Shown: one piece after another, positions 56,471 to 64,000 of the stretch
How the letters are laid out: every line of letters begins with the position of its first letter
Position numbering within the stretch: position 1 is the stretch's first letter
Origin: the human T2T-CHM13v2.0 reference genome, Homo sapiens
Assembly: GCF_009914755.1 (NCBI RefSeq)
Contig: NC_060948.1
Strand: one strand, 5' to 3'
DNA: 64,000 nt
Translations under genes and position numbers: made by a program
The notes under the pieces: model-generated
What the model was told of the DNA's origin: nothing
What the model saw: only the letters and a program-made list of their open reading frames with translations
Database searches by the model: none

Positions 56471-57413
56471 CCTAGTCACGGGGACACGTCATTGGTGCCG
56501 GGTATCAGAGACGAAGGCCAAGAGATGAAAAAGAAACAGAGACTGAACCCAAAAGAGGCAGACACACAGGAAGATGGAGATAGAGACCCAGAGATGGGGG
56601 TGGAAGAAGGTGAGAGGGGGAGGAAAGAGAGACAGAGAGGGAGACAGAGAAAAGAGGCAGAGAGACCGAGAGAGAGGCTGAACAGCAAGACCCCAGAGAG
56701 GGTGACTAAGGGTGAGAGACTTGCGTGACCCACATCCCAAGACCCCGTGGGTGGCCCTCTCCCACCCACCTCTCTCCAGCTCAGGGGCTGTGTCTTCCTC
56801 CCATGGGGAACTCCAGTTGCAGCCCAGGGTTGCCCCCAGCGCCCTCTTCTCTGCCACATAGGTAACATCCTCCTGGTTGCCACTTGCACACCCCCATCCT
56901 AGACCTGGCCATCTGTCATTCCATTACCTTCCACCCCCACGCCAGCCTCCTCCCCGGCCCCCGCTTTCCACTGACCCCCAGGGGTCCCCCACATCGAGGT
57001 GCCAGGATGACGGCTTCAGGCTTCAACCTTCCCTTCTCTGAGCTCCATCAGCTCCAGGGGCTTAGCACCTGCTGTACCCTGCCCAGGTTTCATGCTCACA
57101 AGCTCTTCCAAAGACCACCCTGTTCATCGTCAACTATGAGGTCCCATGGGTGGATCTGTCTCAGATCTTTACCCCAGGAAAAACCCATGGCCAGGTGCAG
57201 TGGCTCACGCCTGTCATCCCAGCACTTTGGGAGGCCGAGGCGAGTGGATCACCTCGAGGTCAGGAGTTTGAGACCAGCCTGGCCAACATGGTAAAACCCC
57301 ATCTCCACTGAAAGTACAAAATTTAGCTGGTGGCGGCTAAAGGGGGAAAGGTGGGCCTCATCTAATCAGTCGAAGGTCTAAAGGGGGAAGAGTGGGCCTC
57401 ATCTGATCAGTCA

Positions 57414-57809
<396 letters not shown>

Positions 57810-57968
57810 TCATTTTCTATGTTTTTATTTAAAAACATGACATTTGGGGCCAGGCGCGGTGGCTCACGCCTGTAATCCCAGCACTTTGGGAGGCCAAGGC
57901 AGGCGGATCACCTGAGGTCAGGAGTTCAAGACCAGCCTGCCCAACATGGTGAAACCCCATCTGGACTA

Positions 57969-58376
<408 letters not shown>

Positions 58377-58723
58377 CTATGATTGCACCGTTGCACTCCA
58401 GCCTGGGTAACAAACTAAGACCCCATCTCTCTGTCTCAAAAAAAGTGATACTTCGCAAAGATGCTTAGACTCCAAGAAGCTTTTGCATCTCTTTCCAACC
58501 CAACTACTGAGGTACTGTGTAGCCTCCTCCTTGAATAACTAACCTGGTGAGCTGAGATTGCGCCATTGCAATCCAGCCTGGGCAACAAGAGCAAAACTCC
58601 ATCACATTTAAAAAAAAAAAAAAATTGATGGCCGGGCGCGGTGGCTCACACCTGTAATCCCAGCAGTTTGGGAGGCCGAGGCGGGAGGATCACGAGGTCA
58701 GGAGATCGAGGGCATCCTGGCTA

Positions 58724-60057
<1,334 letters not shown>

Positions 60058-60193
60058 AGACGGAAATTCATTTCCCTCCATTTCCCACATCTAGAAAAGG
60101 CTGACTTTCTTCATTGGTGGTTGCTGTCACTCAGGCCTGCTGTTGACTCCTCATATCTCACTGGACTGTGACTCTCCTGCCTCCCTCTCATAA

Positions 60194-60403
<210 letters not shown>

Positions 60404-60631
60404 TGACCTGACCACAGGTGATCCACCTGCCTCAACCTCTCAAAGTGCTGGGATTACAGGTGTGAACCACCGCACCTGTTCCTTATAAGGACAATTGTAA
60501 TTACATGTCAGGCCCACGGGGACACTCCAGAATCATCTCTCCATGGCAATATCCCTGGAATAAAAGTCCTCCTTCCATAGAGAGCATTCTGTAATGTGTC
60601 CACAGCATGCTTATCCAGGTAAGAACATGCT

Positions 60632-60848
60632 GGGGGCCATTATTCTGTCTCCCACGTGGAATTAGGACGTGGACATCTTTGGGACCATTATTCTGTCTCC
60701 CACATGGAATTAGGACGTGGACATATTTGGGGACATTATTCTGTCTATCACATGGGTTTAGGACGTGGACATCTTTGGGGCCATTATTCTGTCTCCCACA
60801 TGGGATTAGGACATGGCCATATTTACGGGACATTATTTTGCCTCCCAC
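60632..60848. repeat. 48-bp tandem repeat (~4.4 copies) derived from the 5' end of an MLT1-type LTR
   Basis: cattatt recurs every 48 bp from 60638; minus strand reads CAGAATAATGGCCCCAAAGATGTCCACGTCCTAATCC. Confidence 0.85.
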
Positions 60849-61570
60849 GATCAGTGAGTAATTCAATCGCCACAGATACCGAAACATCAACTGAGATGGT
60901 GGCTGACAGGTGGTCTAGGGCCTACAGGGGACTTCAGGACTTGGAGCCGAGAGAGAGCCGAGCTTGGGATGGATCTGACGGTGAGGTGCCAGCTGTTTCC
61001 TCCCTCGTGGGTGTTCCACGTCCCTCCTGCAAACCCCAGCCGGCCCCTTGCTTCAGAGTTTCAGGGGAGATTTGACGATGGAGCAGAGGCAGCCTTCCGG
61101 AACCTTCTACCCCTGACCTTTTGATTCACAAGTCAAAGCTTGGGGAAGAGATGGAGCCAGGCTCTTGGTGGGGAGAAGCGTCTAAAACACAGCAAGGAAG
61201 AAAAAGCGTGGAATCCTCTGGGCCTGCAAGAAGTGAGAGGAGGAGACTCCCACAGGGCGCCCCAGGAAGCAGGTCCACCTCCCCAAGGGAGCACCACATT
61301 CCTGGGTATGAACCTGTGGGTTTCAGAGACCTCAGGCCCTATTTACCTCAGAAGCAGAGGCCTCCGGTGTCAAAGAGACAGCAGAGGCCGGGCGTGGTAG
61401 CCATGCCTATAATCCCAGCGCTTTGCCAGGCCAAGGCAGGTGGATCACTTGAGGTCAGGAGTTCAAAACCAGCCTGGCCAACGTGGTGAAACTCGTCTCT
61501 ACTACAAATACAAAAAAAAAAATAAAAAAAGCTGGGTGTGGTGGCACACGCCTGTAATCCCAGCTACTCA

Positions 61571-61687
<117 letters not shown>

Positions 61688-61744
61688 TCATGCCTGGAAT
61701 CCCAGCACTTTGCAAGGCCAAGGCAGGCAGATCATTTGAGGTCA

Positions 61745-62083
<339 letters not shown>

Positions 62084-62127
62084 TTAGCCGGGTGTGGTGG
62101 CACCTGTAATTGCAGTTGCTGTACTCA

Positions 62128-62259
<132 letters not shown>

Positions 62260-62444
62260 TTAAATTAAAATAAAATTAAATAAAAAATAAAAAACAGCCA
62301 GCAGAGATAGGGCCTAGGATGACTGAGGCCCCTGAAGGCTGTGGCGATCAGCCCCTCCCCTGTGTTCTTTGGCACCTACGGACCCTCTCCAAGGAATGGG
62401 TGGGCAGAGGCTGTCAATATTGGCTGAGAGGGAGCTTTTGCAGA

Positions 62445-63064
62445 ACCGCACTGCACCTGCCCAACCCCACTGCACCTGCCCAACCCCACTGCACCTGCCC
62501 AACCCCACTGCGCCTGCCCAACCCCACTGCATCTGCCCAACCACTCTGTGCCTGCCCAACCACACTGCACCTGCCTAACCGTACTGCACCTGCCCAACCG
62601 CACTGCACTTGCCCAATTGCACTGCACCTGCCCAACCCCAATGCACCTGCCTAACCGTACTGCACCTGCCCAACCGCACTGCACCTGCCCAATCCCACTG
62701 CACCTGCCCAATCCCACTGCACCTGCCCAATCCCACTGCACCTGCCCAACCCCACTGTGCCTGCCCAACCGCACTGCACCTGCCCAATCCCACTGCACCT
62801 GCCCAATCCCACTGCACCTGCCCAATCCCACTGCACCTGCCCAACCCCACTGTGCCTGCCCAACCGCACTGCACCTGCCCAATCCCACTGCACCTGCCCA
62901 ACCGCACTGCACCTGCCCAACCACACTGAACCTGCTCAACCCCACTTCACCTGCCCAACCGCACTGCACTTGCCCAACCCCTCTGTGCCTGCCCAACCCC
63001 ACTGTGCCTGCCCAATCGCACTGCACCTGCCCAACCCCACTGCACCTGCCCAACCACACTGCAC
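62445..63064. repeat. 19-bp minisatellite CACTGCACCTGCCCAACCC, ~32 copies
   Basis: Read directly. Confidence 0.95.
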
Positions 63065-63283
63065 CAAAGGAAGAGCAATGCAGACATTCAATCCTTTGCA
63101 TGCCTAAACTGGAGAAGACTGTTTATAAGATGCATGCAGGTGGGAGTCACACTGTGGGGGGGAGGGTCATCGGTCACCTGCGTGAGATCAGGGTTGTGCA
63201 GGTGGAGAAAAGAGAGGGAGGGGAGACAGATTCTATGATGAGGACAGGTGTGGTGAAAATGGGTCTCAAAAGAAATTTAAAAA

Positions 63284-64000
<717 letters not shown>

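Overview
This is primate (almost certainly human) genomic DNA carrying the whole CSF2RA gene (GM-CSF receptor alpha; known to lie in pseudoautosomal region PAR1) on the + strand. The promoter is at ~13.3-13.4 kb. Two 5'UTR exons and 11 coding exons splice in phase into a 400-aa receptor (ATG 29172, TGA 57720-57722). The sequence also supports a 102-nt Alu cassette exon, a soluble form made by skipping the transmembrane (TM) exon, and an alternative C-terminal exon. The rest is very Alu-dense, with ERV1/ERVK/ERVL/MaLR LTR remnants, L1 fragments, a 5S rRNA pseudogene and many tandem repeats (114, 38, 57, 38-39, 48 and 19-bp units, plus TG-, CCT-, TTTTG- and GATA-type tracts). Most long ORFs in the track are repeat artefacts. 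The most interesting observations are: an unexplained 114-bp codon-phased repeat upstream of the gene; a MIR3690-type sequence triplicated by a 303-bp higher-order repeat; LTR termini abutting splice acceptors; an exon-2-dependent uORF switch; and minisatellite units copied in inverted orientation to other sites. Repeat family names and literature links come from recalled consensus sequences and knowledge, not from a search. There is no evidence of a prokaryote-type system.
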